Of a stretch of DNA of 64,000 nt, positions 27,429-36,896 are shown piece after piece (positions within the stretch are counted from its first letter, which is position 1; every line of letters begins with the position of its first letter). The notes under the pieces are model-generated. The model worked only from the letters and a program-made list of their open reading frames with translations. It did no database searches and had not been told where the DNA came from. Made by a program: the position numbers and the translations under genes. The DNA comes from an uncultured Dehalococcoidia bacterium (lineage in GTDB: Bacteria; Chloroflexota; Dehalococcoidia; Lucifugimonadales; UBA1127): positions 7,272 through 71,271 of the forward strand of contig CAZTCW010000032.1 of the NCBI GenBank assembly GCA_964612825.1, read 5' to 3'.

Positions 27429-28634
27429 ATGGATTCTGGAAATACCGCATGGATGCTTACAGCATCTGCTTTGGTTCTTCTGATGACTCCGGGTCTGGCT
27501 TTCTTTTACGGTGGGTTGGTCCGGGCAAGAAACGTTGTCAGTACAATTATGTACAGCTTCATGGCAATGGCTGTTGTGAGCGTTGTCTGGGTTCTATGGG
27601 GTTACAGCCTAGCATTTGGTGAAGGCAATCCCTATATCGGGGACCTTTCGTTATTAGGACTTTCTGGTATTGATGTCCACACCCAGGGAGATACCTTACT
27701 TTTCGTCGTGTTCCAAATGATGTTCGCCATCATTACTCCCGCATTAATCACAGGCGCGTTTGTGGAACGATTCAAATTCACCACGTATATGTTGTTCCTT
27801 GTTATTTGGATTACCGTAGTGTATGCCCCGGTCGCTCATTGGGTTTGGGCAGGGAACGGCTGGCTCTTCACGATGGGTGCCGCTGACTTTGCTGGCGGGA
27901 CGGTAGTACATATCAATGCTGGTGTCGCAGCTCTTGCAGCCGCCTTGTTAGTTGGAAAAAGAAAGAATCCAGCCCCTGAACCACATAACGTACCATACGT
28001 TGTGTTAGGGGCCGCCATTCTATGGTTCGGCTGGTTTGGGTTCAACGCAGGTTCGGGCCTAGCGGCTAATGAATTAGCAGTTAACGCCTTTCTGGTCACT
28101 AACACTGCGGCAGCCACAGCCGCCCTTACATGGGGAATTATTTCCCAAATACAGACAGGAAAGATTAGTGCTGTTGGAGTAGCATCTGGCGCCGTAGCCG
28201 GTTTGGTAGCGATTACTCCAGCTTCCGGGTTTGTTGGAGTTATGGGTGCTGTTGCAATTGGCTTTGGAGCTGGACTCTTCTGCTACCTCGCCGTCTTGCT
28301 AAGAGCGAAAACCAATGTTGATGACGCCCTAGAAGTGGTCGCAGTACATGGCGTTGGTGGACTTTGGGGTGCGATCGCTACAGGGATATTCGCTGCTTCA
28401 GCAGTTGGTGGCGTTTCAGGATTAATCGAAGGAAACGCTGGGCAGGTGGTCACCCAAATCGTGGCCTGTCTCGCTACAATCGTCTATTCCTTTACAGCGA
28501 CAATGATTATCCTCAAAGTTCTAGATGTGATCCCTGGTCTCGGGCTTCGCGTGACCGAAAACAATGAAGACCAAGGACTCGATCTTAGTTCACATGGAGA
28601 AAGAGCCTTTGTAAGTGATGGGGCAGATTCATAA
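27429..28634 (+). CDS. amt: Ammonium transporter (Amt family)
   Basis: Amt signatures (PGLAFFYGGLVR, DFAGGTVVHINAG, HGVGGLWG). SD GGAGGG upstream. Confidence 0.95.
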   Translation: MDSGNTAWMLTASALVLLMTPGLAFFYGGLVRARNVVSTIMYSFMAMAVVSVVWVLWGYSLAFGEGNPYIGDLSLLGLSGIDVHTQGDTLLFVVFQMMFAIITPALITGAFVERFKFTTYMLFLVIWITVVYAPVAHWVWAGNGWLFTMGAADFAGGTVVHINAGVAALAAALLVGKRKNPAPEPHNVPYVVLGAAILWFGWFGFNAGSGLAANELAVNAFLVTNTAAATAALTWGIISQIQTGKISAVGVASGAVAGLVAITPASGFVGVMGAVAIGFGAGLFCYLAVLLRAKTNVDDALEVVAVHGVGGLWGAIATGIFAASAVGGVSGLIEGNAGQVVTQIVACLATIVYSFTATMIILKVLDVIPGLGLRVTENNEDQGLDLSSHGERAFVSDGADS

Positions 28635-28693
28635 GGTGAATTCATAGAAGGATTTCTGAGTAAATAGGAAAAATATGAAAGGGAGGATTCCCG

Positions 28694-29047
28694 ATGATTT
28701 GTATCGAAGCGGTAATACGGCCGGAACGAATAGGGCAAGTGACTTCAGCCCTTGAAGAACTCGGATGCCCAGGATTTTACTACTACAATGTGACCGGACA
28801 GGGAAGACAAAGAGGAGTTGAAGTGTTTGTCGGTAGAGCCGGACAAACTGCAAGTAGATCGGCGGTACAGAAAACTTGCATCCGAACCGTGGTTGATGAA
28901 CAAATGAAAGAGTCAGTCATCGACGCAATCATCGAAGCCTCGCGCAGTCCGGGAGAGGGTGCTATTGGAGACGGAAAAATCTTTGTTACCCCGATTGAAG
29001 ATTTGGTAAGAGTTCGCACCGGGGAACGAGGCGACTCCGCACTTTAA
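28694..29047 (+). CDS. glnK: PII nitrogen regulatory protein with atypical T-loop
   Basis: PII core (IEAVIRPE..., GDGKIFVTPIEDLVRVRTGE). The T-loop reads GRQRGVEVFVGRAGQTASRSAVQK and has no Tyr at the position equivalent to Tyr51. Located immediately downstream of amt. Confidence 0.88.
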   Translation: MICIEAVIRPERIGQVTSALEELGCPGFYYYNVTGQGRQRGVEVFVGRAGQTASRSAVQKTCIRTVVDEQMKESVIDAIIEASRSPGEGAIGDGKIFVTPIEDLVRVRTGERGDSAL

Positions 29048-29066
29048 ATTTGGAGATCGAAATAAG

Positions 29067-29119
29067 TTCCTCAATGACTGTCGGTCCGGGAGTTTATCTG
29101 GCCGACAGTCATTGAGGAA
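29067..29119. other. 18-bp perfect inverted repeat (hairpin) downstream of PII gene
   Basis: TTCCTCAATGACTGTCGG-17 nt-CCGACAGTCATTGAGGAA. No adjacent U-run. Confidence 0.6.
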
Positions 29120-29177
29120 GATTAACCGAAAATCCACATCTCTTTATTGAATGGGATTGAAAGAACAGTTTGCTAAA

Positions 29178-29226
29178 ACAGCCCGCTGAAGATCTTTTAT
29201 AAAATAAAAGATCTTCAGCGGGCTGT
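29178..29226. terminator. 21-bp perfect hairpin, probable terminator for glnII (and possibly bidirectional)
   Basis: ACAGCCCGCTGAAGATCTTTT-7 nt-AAAAGATCTTCAGCGGGCTGT. On the minus strand it is followed by UUUUAGC, 24 nt after the glnII stop. Confidence 0.7.
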
Positions 29227-29249
29227 CCTTATAGTCACTTAGGATTTCC

Positions 29250-30251
29250 TTATTTGGTCGCTGCCCCACAAACGGTGTTAATAATCAAACGGGTGGCCAC
29301 ATAGGGATCAACGTTAGCATTCGGTCGTCGATCTTCTATATAGCCTTTCTGATCTCTTGCAACCTGCCACGGTATCCGAACAGACGCTCCTCTATTCGAA
29401 ACACCATAAGAAAATTCTTTGTAGCTAGCAGTTTCATGTTGTCCTGTTAATCGATTTTCTATACCCGCTCCATAACCTGCTATATGCTCAGGAGCATTGG
29501 TGCTAAGGGCCTCAGCAGCTGCAACGCATGCGGCATAATCTTCCCGCATTTGTTTAGTGGAAAAGTTGGTATGTGCCCCTGCTCCGTTCCAGTCTCCAGG
29601 AACCGGCTTCGCCGCTAGAGAAACCGTCACATCATAATTCTCTGCTATTCTCATCAGAAGCCAACGAGCTATCCACAATTCGTCTGCGACCAATGGGCTC
29701 CCGATAGGCCCTATTTGGAATTCCCATTGGCCCGGCATAACTTCCGCGTTAATCCCAGCGATATGCAAACCCGCCATAATACAGGCGTCCATATGCTCTT
29801 CAACAATGTCTCTACCGAAGATCACATCGGATCCTACGCCACAATAATAATCTCCTTGAGGGGCCGGAAATCCATTTTCCGGCCATCCCAACGGAGCATT
29901 GCCTTGGAAAAAGGTGTATTCTTGTTCTATTCCAAACCAGGTATCGAAATCGCTAAATTTATCGGCAGCAGCCTCGCAGGCAGCCCTTGTGTTTGACGGG
30001 TGGGGTGTCATGTCAGTAAGCAATGTTTCTGCCATAACGATTACATTGTTCCCCCCACGTATCGGGTCTGGAACCGTTAACACTGGCCTCAATACTACGT
30101 CAGAATTGTCCCCAGTGGCCTGCTGAGTACTAGACCCATCATATCCCCAGATTGGAGGAGCGCTCCCATCCGCTATTATCTTGGTCTTGGATCTGAGTCT
30201 TACTGACGGAGTGCTACCGTCTAACCACAAATATTCCGCTTTATAAACCAA
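29250..30251 (-). CDS. glnII: Glutamine synthetase type II (eukaryote-like GSII)
   Basis: 333 aa. The N-terminus YKAEYLWLDGSTPSVRLRSKTKI and PIWGYDGSST are typical of GSII rather than GSI. TTG start with GGAGG 6 nt upstream. Confidence 0.85.
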   Translation of the reverse strand: MVYKAEYLWLDGSTPSVRLRSKTKIIADGSAPPIWGYDGSSTQQATGDNSDVVLRPVLTVPDPIRGGNNVIVMAETLLTDMTPHPSNTRAACEAAADKFSDFDTWFGIEQEYTFFQGNAPLGWPENGFPAPQGDYYCGVGSDVIFGRDIVEEHMDACIMAGLHIAGINAEVMPGQWEFQIGPIGSPLVADELWIARWLLMRIAENYDVTVSLAAKPVPGDWNGAGAHTNFSTKQMREDYAACVAAAEALSTNAPEHIAGYGAGIENRLTGQHETASYKEFSYGVSNRGASVRIPWQVARDQKGYIEDRRPNANVDPYVATRLIINTVCGAATK

Positions 30252-30494
30252 AAGTCACCTCCGATTATTTATCGACACCACAACCTTAAATTTTGTCAGG
30301 CATCGGTTTAATTATCGATAGAACGAACCTTCCAAATATTCTTCGACCGAAACTCCCCCTGAAAGGATCCTTCTCACATGATAATCTGTTCAAAACGGGC
30401 TCTGAAGCCCCAGTTTGACAGGTTGATTCAAGTAAGTATACCGCTGATAATTTGGAGTTTGCAAAGTTCAAACTACCATTTCTCACTATTTGTC

Positions 30495-31589
30495 TCATAG
30501 AAGAGATCGAATAACCTTTCCCATTTCCAATGTCCCAATAAGATCCTCCCCCTCGGTTCCAATATCTGCACAACGATAACCATCAGCTAGGGCCTGGGTA
30601 ACTGCTCGTTCCACAGCAGAGGCCTCCTCATCAAGGCCGAGAGAAAACCTGAGAAGTAACGCTACACTCAGAATAGTAGCGATTGGGTTTGCTATTCCTT
30701 GGCCTGCAATATCGGGAGCGCTTCCATGGATTGGCTCGTATAGCCCAAATGCTGGATGACCAGGCAGAGGAGTTCCAGCCAAACTTGCTGAAGAAAGAAT
30801 CCCCATTGATCCAGTTAATACTGCAGCCTCATCGGTCAAAATGTCGCCGAAGGTATTTTCTGTTACCAATACATCAAATCTTGAAGGAGCGCGGACCAAT
30901 TGCATCGCGGCGGTATCAACCAACATATGTTCAACAGTGACGTCAGGGTACTCCAGGGCCATTTCCTGAGCAATTTCACGCCAAAGACGAGAGCTTTCCA
31001 GGACGTTAGCCTTATCAACTGAGGTCAAATGCTTTCTTCTTCCCCGAGCGAGCTCAAATCCCACTCGGAGGACGCGGACGATTTCTTCTTCGGTATAAGC
31101 CATCGCATCAATCCCGCGCCGTTTCCCAGATTTTGTCTTCCAGCGTCTTTTGGGTTTTCCGAAATAAAGGCCCCCTGTGAGCTCTCTAATCACAATGAAA
31201 TCAACACCTTCTAATATGGCCGGTTTAAGTGGACTCGCCCCCATTAATTGGGGTATGACCTTAACTGGACGAAGGTTTGCAAACAAACGAAGTTCCTTGC
31301 GAATGCCCAACAATCCGTCCTCTGGGCGAACCTTTGCTCTTGGGTCATCCCACTTTGGCCCACCTACCGCACCCAGGAGAACCGCGTCACTTTCTTTTGC
31401 AATCTCCAGGGTATCATCAGGTAAGGCAGATCCGGTGGAGTCGATAGCATTTCCCCCAATTGCTCCGACCTGGAAACGGAATTGATGTCCAAACCTTGAG
31501 CCAATCGCCTCGAGTAATTTTGTTCCTTCTGAAGTAACTTCTGGCCCAATCCCATCCCCAGGAAGGACCGCAATATTAAATTCCATCAA
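30495..31589 (-). CDS. leuB: 3-isopropylmalate dehydrogenase
   Basis: IAVLPGDGIGPEV and NLFGDILSDE-like (NTFGDILTDE) motifs. Confidence 0.95.
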   Translation of the reverse strand: MMEFNIAVLPGDGIGPEVTSEGTKLLEAIGSRFGHQFRFQVGAIGGNAIDSTGSALPDDTLEIAKESDAVLLGAVGGPKWDDPRAKVRPEDGLLGIRKELRLFANLRPVKVIPQLMGASPLKPAILEGVDFIVIRELTGGLYFGKPKRRWKTKSGKRRGIDAMAYTEEEIVRVLRVGFELARGRRKHLTSVDKANVLESSRLWREIAQEMALEYPDVTVEHMLVDTAAMQLVRAPSRFDVLVTENTFGDILTDEAAVLTGSMGILSSASLAGTPLPGHPAFGLYEPIHGSAPDIAGQGIANPIATILSVALLLRFSLGLDEEASAVERAVTQALADGYRCADIGTEGEDLIGTLEMGKVIRSLL

Positions 31590-31695
31590 TTATTCCTTTA
31601 GAAAACACTTGTTTTTAATTAATTTGCTCGATCCTTGCTACTATTTTAAGAAACGGTAGCGTATTAACAAGTTTAAGGTCGCCACGAAGAGCGTT

Positions 31696-32556
31696 TTACT
31701 CTCTAAGATATTGATCCTGCTGCTTTGCATAAATATCCGAACGATTCACCGCTCGCATCAACTCAGAAGAAGCTTGTTTATCAGCTAACCCTTCTAACGC
31801 TCCACCTTCTTTCAAGTGTTGGAGGCTGTCATAAATACTTTTAACGACAACCGAAAAGGTCGGGTTACCTAACATCAGGATCCTAACGCCTTGAGCGGCC
31901 AAGAAGGCTGAGTCATTACGAATATCAGCAGGGGGACCTAACACTGCTAATGGGAGTGTAGTAACCTGGTGTACGGCCTCCAACTGTTCTCTACTCTGTG
32001 CACCCGTAAGCATTAGTGCTTCTGCTCCCGTTTCTGAATACGCCTTTATGCGATCCAAGGCTTCATCAAGGGGGACTTCGCCAAGTGCTGCCGACCTAGC
32101 AACAATCACAGTCGTAGGGTCAGTTCTAGCAGCGACAGCGGCCTGAAGTTTGCCTACCTGTTCTTCTTTTGAAACAAGGCCTGGGTTTTCAACTCCAAAC
32201 TTCCTGACAACAACATTGTCTTCAATCTCAATGCCTGAGACACCAGCTTGTTCAGCCTCCCTGACAGTTCTCATAACATTGACTGCATTTCCAAAACCAT
32301 CTTCCGCATCAATCATCAGGCTTACATCCGTCATTCGAATTATCCTTCGACAATGATCCATTACATCGGTTAATGTGGAAAGTACAATATCCGGGACCCC
32401 AAGGTTAGCTACCTTCCCTACTGAACCAGATAAAACACACACTTCATACCCAAGGTGATTAGCAATGTTTGCAGAGAGTGGGTCGAAAATGTTTGCCGCT
32501 AAAGTACATGAAGGACGGGACAGAACCTGCCGGAATTTTTCTCGAGCTACTGACAT
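31696..32556 (-). CDS. Isocitrate lyase/PEP mutase superfamily protein (function unclear)
   Basis: FDPLSA, IDAEDGFGN and GIEIED motifs of the ICL/PEPM fold. The K-(K/R)-C-G-H catalytic loop is not seen (reads VVVRKFGVEN). Start at ATG 32556 with AGGAGGTG upstream; the ORF-track start is 32616. Confidence 0.75.
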   Translation of the reverse strand: MSVAREKFRQVLSRPSCTLAANIFDPLSANIANHLGYEVCVLSGSVGKVANLGVPDIVLSTLTDVMDHCRRIIRMTDVSLMIDAEDGFGNAVNVMRTVREAEQAGVSGIEIEDNVVVRKFGVENPGLVSKEEQVGKLQAAVAARTDPTTVIVARSAALGEVPLDEALDRIKAYSETGAEALMLTGAQSREQLEAVHQVTTLPLAVLGPPADIRNDSAFLAAQGVRILMLGNPTFSVVVKSIYDSLQHLKEGGALEGLADKQASSELMRAVNRSDIYAKQQDQYLRE

Positions 32557-32731
32557 AACTCCACCTCCTATTAATTCACCCCCAAAGGTATACCAAAGGG
32601 TGCAACGTTGAACCATGGGCTGCGAAGAGAATTATATTCGTTGAAGAGTGTAGAGACAAGAGATGGATACGGCCAAGTGAGTCCGACATGGCTGTAATAC
32701 CGTACCTTGAAGATTTCTATACGGGAAGGAC

Positions 32732-32998
32732 CTACTCAATCGGCCGTAAATCGGTTTCGACCTCGAGATCAACTTCTCCTACAAACATCTCCCAAGGTCG
32801 GAAGGATTCAACAAAACTCCTGGCGATCTCTAACGACTCCATATCTTTTTGGGCACGTCCAGGCTCATATCCGAATGTACGGGCGAATGCATCAAAGCCC
32901 CGGGGTGTTTTCCGAATTCCACCTACTTCTTGCTCCCCTTCTTCAGTAAGTAGGATTAGTCGCATACCAATCCGGTTCTCGCGCCAAAATAATTCCAT
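32732..32998 (-). CDS. Hypothetical 88-aa protein
   Basis: ORF co-oriented within the ilv-leu operon, with GAGGGGGA 4 nt upstream of the ATG. No recognisable motif. A competing + strand ORF (32688..33050) looks spurious. Confidence 0.4.
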   Translation of the reverse strand: MELFWRENRIGMRLILLTEEGEQEVGGIRKTPRGFDAFARTFGYEPGRAQKDMESLEIARSFVESFRPWEMFVGEVDLEVETDLRPIE

Positions 32999-33032
32999 TC
33001 ATCCCCCTCAAGCTTCCAATCAAAAAATCTTT

Positions 33033-33662
33033 CTATTTATAGCCTCTTAGGTTTTCGAATTGGCGGATTTTTGATTCATTTTGCAAGGTCAACCCAATTT
33101 CATCCAATCCATTTAGTAAGCAATGCCGACGAAATTGATGTGTCTCGGGATCTGGATGGACGACAAAATTGACTACGAGGCCTTGATCATCCCTTACCTC
33201 ACATTTTTCGAGATCCACGGTCAATTGATATCCTTCAGTTGCCTCAGTGCGTCGCATAAGTTCAGAAATTTCGTCGTCAGAAACCAAAACAGGGATCAGT
33301 CCAGTTTCCATTGAGTTTTTATGAAATATTTCCGCAAAACTTGGACAAATAACCGCCCGAAACCCATAGTCCATGAGAGCCCAAACAGCGTGCTCCCGGG
33401 ATGAGCCGCAACCAAAATTCCTTCCTGAGATAAGAACTGAAGCGTCACTGTACCTTGGGTCGTTTAGAATAAAGTCTGGGTTGAGTCCTCCATCTGGGAG
33501 GTGCCGCCAGCTATGGAATAATCCAGGCCCAAACCCTGTCCTCTCTATTCGTTTCAAAAACACGGCCGGGATAATTTGATCTGTGTCTACATCTACCCTG
33601 TCCAAGGGGATTGCTCTTCCTGTATGTGTTAAAAATGCTTCCATTTTACCTCGCTTCACCAA
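33033..33662 (-). CDS. leuD: 3-isopropylmalate dehydratase small subunit
   Basis: LeuD motifs (DTDQIIP, GRNFGCGSSREHA). Start ambiguous between TTG 33662 and ATG 33644. Confidence 0.92.
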   Translation of the reverse strand: MVKRGKMEAFLTHTGRAIPLDRVDVDTDQIIPAVFLKRIERTGFGPGLFHSWRHLPDGGLNPDFILNDPRYSDASVLISGRNFGCGSSREHAVWALMDYGFRAVICPSFAEIFHKNSMETGLIPVLVSDDEISELMRRTEATEGYQLTVDLEKCEVRDDQGLVVNFVVHPDPETHQFRRHCLLNGLDEIGLTLQNESKIRQFENLRGYK

Positions 33663-33748
33663 CCAAAAATTCTACTTATTCGAACAAAGTTTCCCCAGGC
33701 AAAAAGGGTGTCTAGGAAAACGGTCAAGCACTCTGATTTCCCTGAAAA

Positions 33749-35149
33749 TTAATTCAATTCCCTAATATCTACGAAATGCCCGGCTATAGCTGAAGCAGCT
33801 GCCATCGCTGGGCTAACGAGGTGAGTCCTTCCACCAGGCCCCTGTCGTCCTTCAAAATTACGATTCGAGGTTGATGCACATCTTTGTCCGGGAAGCAGAA
33901 TGTCTGGATTCATTCCTAGGCACATTGAACAACCCGATTCACGCCAATCCACACCGGCTTCAACAAATATTTTGTCCAATCCTTCTTCCTCAGCTTGTTT
34001 TTTAATGGCATTAGATCCGGGAACGACCATCGCGTACACATCTTGGTGAACCTTTTTCCCGTGAACAATCCGTGCGGCTGCTCGAAGGTCCTCAATTCTT
34101 GAGTTCGTACAAGAACCAATGAAAACCCGGTCGATCTTAATTTCCGATATTGGCATCCCCCCACGGAGACCCATATACGTCAAAGCCCGCTCCGTAGCCT
34201 CTTTCTCTCCAGATTCCATGTTTGTTGGGTCAGGAACGTTCCCGGTTATCGGGGCAACCATAGCAGGGTTAGTTCCCCACGTGACGAAGGGGACCAATTT
34301 GCTCGCATCGATTTCAATAAGACGGTCGTACGATGCGCCCGGATCAGACGGAAGTTTCTTCCATTCTTCAACAGCTTGTTCAAAATCTTGGCCCTGGGGA
34401 GCATGCTGTCTGCCCTTTACGTAATCAAATGTTTTTTGATCAGGAGCTACCATACCTACTCGAGCACCCGCTTCAATTGACATATTACATAAAGTCATGC
34501 GCCCTTCCATTGAGAGCCCTCTGACGGCTTCTCCGGTATATTCGACCGCGTAACCGGTAGCCCCTCCAATCCCTATTTGCCCAATGATCCCAAGAATTAA
34601 ATCTTTAGCTGTGACACCATCTGGTAAATCGCCAACAACTCGAATTTCCATAGTTTTGAATTTAGGTTGAACCAGACATTGTGTTGCCAAAACATGTTCA
34701 ACTTGGGAAGTGCCTATAGCAATAGCTAAGGCACCGAAGGCACCATGGGTAGAAGTATGGCTGTCACCACACACAATAGTTTTGCCGGGTTGTGTATATC
34801 CTTGGTCAGGCCCTATAACATGGACGATTCCTTGATTCGGACTGTACATGTCATGAAGAGTCAGTCCAAATTCTTCAGCATTGTTGGAGAGGGCATCGAT
34901 TTGTCGAAGGGAAACCTCGTCGGTTACTGGTATAGCCCGATCCCAAGTAGGCACATTATGGTCCACAGTCAACACTGTAAGTTCAGGACGACGGACTTTT
35001 CGGTTTGCCATCCGAAGCCCATCGAAGGCTTGAGGAGAAGTAACCTCGTGAATAAGGTGCAAATCGACGTACAAAATCGCAGGCTGCCCGGGTTCTTCAT
35101 GTACCACATGATTATCCCAAATTTTTTCGAACATTGTCTTTGGAGCCAT
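33749..35149 (-). CDS. leuC: 3-isopropylmalate dehydratase large subunit
   Basis: Aconitase-family motifs (VCGDSHT, GSCTNSR, MCLGMN). ATG at 35149 is preceded by AAGGTGGGG; the ORF-track GTG is at 35158. Confidence 0.95.
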   Translation of the reverse strand: MAPKTMFEKIWDNHVVHEEPGQPAILYVDLHLIHEVTSPQAFDGLRMANRKVRRPELTVLTVDHNVPTWDRAIPVTDEVSLRQIDALSNNAEEFGLTLHDMYSPNQGIVHVIGPDQGYTQPGKTIVCGDSHTSTHGAFGALAIAIGTSQVEHVLATQCLVQPKFKTMEIRVVGDLPDGVTAKDLILGIIGQIGIGGATGYAVEYTGEAVRGLSMEGRMTLCNMSIEAGARVGMVAPDQKTFDYVKGRQHAPQGQDFEQAVEEWKKLPSDPGASYDRLIEIDASKLVPFVTWGTNPAMVAPITGNVPDPTNMESGEKEATERALTYMGLRGGMPISEIKIDRVFIGSCTNSRIEDLRAAARIVHGKKVHQDVYAMVVPGSNAIKKQAEEEGLDKIFVEAGVDWRESGCSMCLGMNPDILLPGQRCASTSNRNFEGRQGPGGRTHLVSPAMAAASAIAGHFVDIRELN

Positions 35150-35274
35150 ATACCCCACCTTTTATTATAAATTTCTGGTTTACCTTCCCAAGTACTCGGA
35201 TATTCACATAACGGAAACTAGCAGTATCTCTAGATCATGGTAGAGACGGACAAAGAGAGTGTAATTGAGAATAA

Positions 35275-36825
35275 TTACATTCCCGTTACTTGTGGACGCC
35301 CTATTTGCTCCAATGAAATCAACCGATTTATCGCATTGGTATAGGCTTTCGCGCTAGCCACAAGAATATCCGTATCAGCGCCCCTGCCAGTGTAAAGCCT
35401 TCCCTCATATTCCAGTCGGATTGTCACATCTCCTTGAGCGTCTAACCCTTCTGTTATGGAACGAACGCTAAAATCATCCAAGGTAGGCTTGAATCCTACA
35501 ATCCCTGAGATAGCGTTGCAAACAGCATCGACCGGGCCGTTCCCTAAAGAAGTTTGAGAATAAACGGAACCAGTCCCATCAACCATCTTTATTGTTGCTT
35601 CTGGAGTCCGTCCTACCCCCGTCTGAACTTGGACATCTTCAAGTGAATAACCGGAGATATCATCCTCTCTTCGATGTTCAGCCATCAAAGCTTCAAGGTC
35701 TCTGTCAGTCACTTCACGTTTTTTATCCGCAAGTTCTTTGAATGATTCAAAGGCTCCATTTAGTTCATCCTGATCGAGGGAGTATCCTAAATCTTCCAAT
35801 CGAGATCTAAGCCCTGCCCGTCCGCTTAGTTTTCCCAACACTAAAGAATTACTGGGCCATCCAATCGATTGGGGATCCATAATTTCATATGTGGATCGTT
35901 CTTTCAAAATCCCATCCTGGTGGATCCCCGATGCGTGTCGAAACGAATTCATACCTACAATTGCTTTGTTACTCTGAACTGGAAACCCGATCGTATCGCT
36001 AACTAAACGGCTAGTGCGATAAATCTGCGTGGTATCTGCTCCTACCGTCACCCCAAAAAGATCTTTCCTTGTATTCAAAGCCATAATGATTTCTTCCAAA
36101 GCAGCATTACCTGCCCGTTCACCAATTCCATTAATGCACCCTTCAACTTGGCGCACCCCAGCTTGGACTGCCGCGAGGGAATTAGAGACAGCCAGACCAA
36201 GGTCATTGTGGCAATGCACACTAATTCGGGCTTTATGGATATTCGGCACATTCTCCTGAATGGACCGAATAAGTTTGGCGAAATCGTCCGGTATAGCATA
36301 ACCCACTGTATCGGGGATATTCACGGTTGTTGCTCCAGCATCGATCACTTCTCTAAGTAGCATATACAAATATTCCGGATCGGTCCTCGTTGCATCCATG
36401 GGAGAAAATTCGATATCCTCGCAGGAGCGCTTCGCCCGAGCTACTGCTGAGACGGCCATTCCCATAACGTCTTCTCGGTTTTTTCTCAATTGATGCATGA
36501 TGTGAATATCAGAAGTAGAAAGAAATACATGGATCCTAGGATTAGCTGCCCCTTGAATTGCCTCAATTGCCGCATCAACATCCCCAGGATGGGCTCTGGA
36601 CAATGTTGCAATCACGGGAGTGCGAATTTCTTTTGCAATTTGCTGAACCGCCTGAAAATCGCCTGGAGATGAGGCAGCAAAACCCGCTTCGATTATATCC
36701 ACCCCTAATCTCTCCAATTGCCGGGCGATTTGGATTTTTTCATCAATAGCCATCGAGGCGCCAGCCGCTTGCTCTCCATCTCGCAAGGTGGTATCAAATA
36801 GATATACCCTGTCCTCTGCCATCAC
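35275..36825 (-). CDS. leuA: 2-isopropylmalate synthase
   Basis: DTTLRDGEQ and HCHNDLGLAV motifs, plus a C-terminal LeuA dimerisation/regulatory domain. 516 aa. Confidence 0.95.
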   Translation of the reverse strand: MMAEDRVYLFDTTLRDGEQAAGASMAIDEKIQIARQLERLGVDIIEAGFAASSPGDFQAVQQIAKEIRTPVIATLSRAHPGDVDAAIEAIQGAANPRIHVFLSTSDIHIMHQLRKNREDVMGMAVSAVARAKRSCEDIEFSPMDATRTDPEYLYMLLREVIDAGATTVNIPDTVGYAIPDDFAKLIRSIQENVPNIHKARISVHCHNDLGLAVSNSLAAVQAGVRQVEGCINGIGERAGNAALEEIIMALNTRKDLFGVTVGADTTQIYRTSRLVSDTIGFPVQSNKAIVGMNSFRHASGIHQDGILKERSTYEIMDPQSIGWPSNSLVLGKLSGRAGLRSRLEDLGYSLDQDELNGAFESFKELADKKREVTDRDLEALMAEHRREDDISGYSLEDVQVQTGVGRTPEATIKMVDGTGSVYSQTSLGNGPVDAVCNAISGIVGFKPTLDDFSVRSITEGLDAQGDVTIRLEYEGRLYTGRGADTDILVASAKAYTNAINRLISLEQIGRPQVTGM

Positions 36826-36896
36826 GTTTCCTCCCGTTCACAACTCAATTCAAATGATAGGTATTTCACTAATTCAGAAATTCGCGCTATCCCCTT

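Noticed and set aside
27337-30494. Glutamine riboswitch (glnA RNA motif) or other N-related RNA motifs in the amt, PII and glnII leaders
   Set aside because: I searched by eye for the CGUUCA...GGACGGAAG core on the relevant strands and found none.
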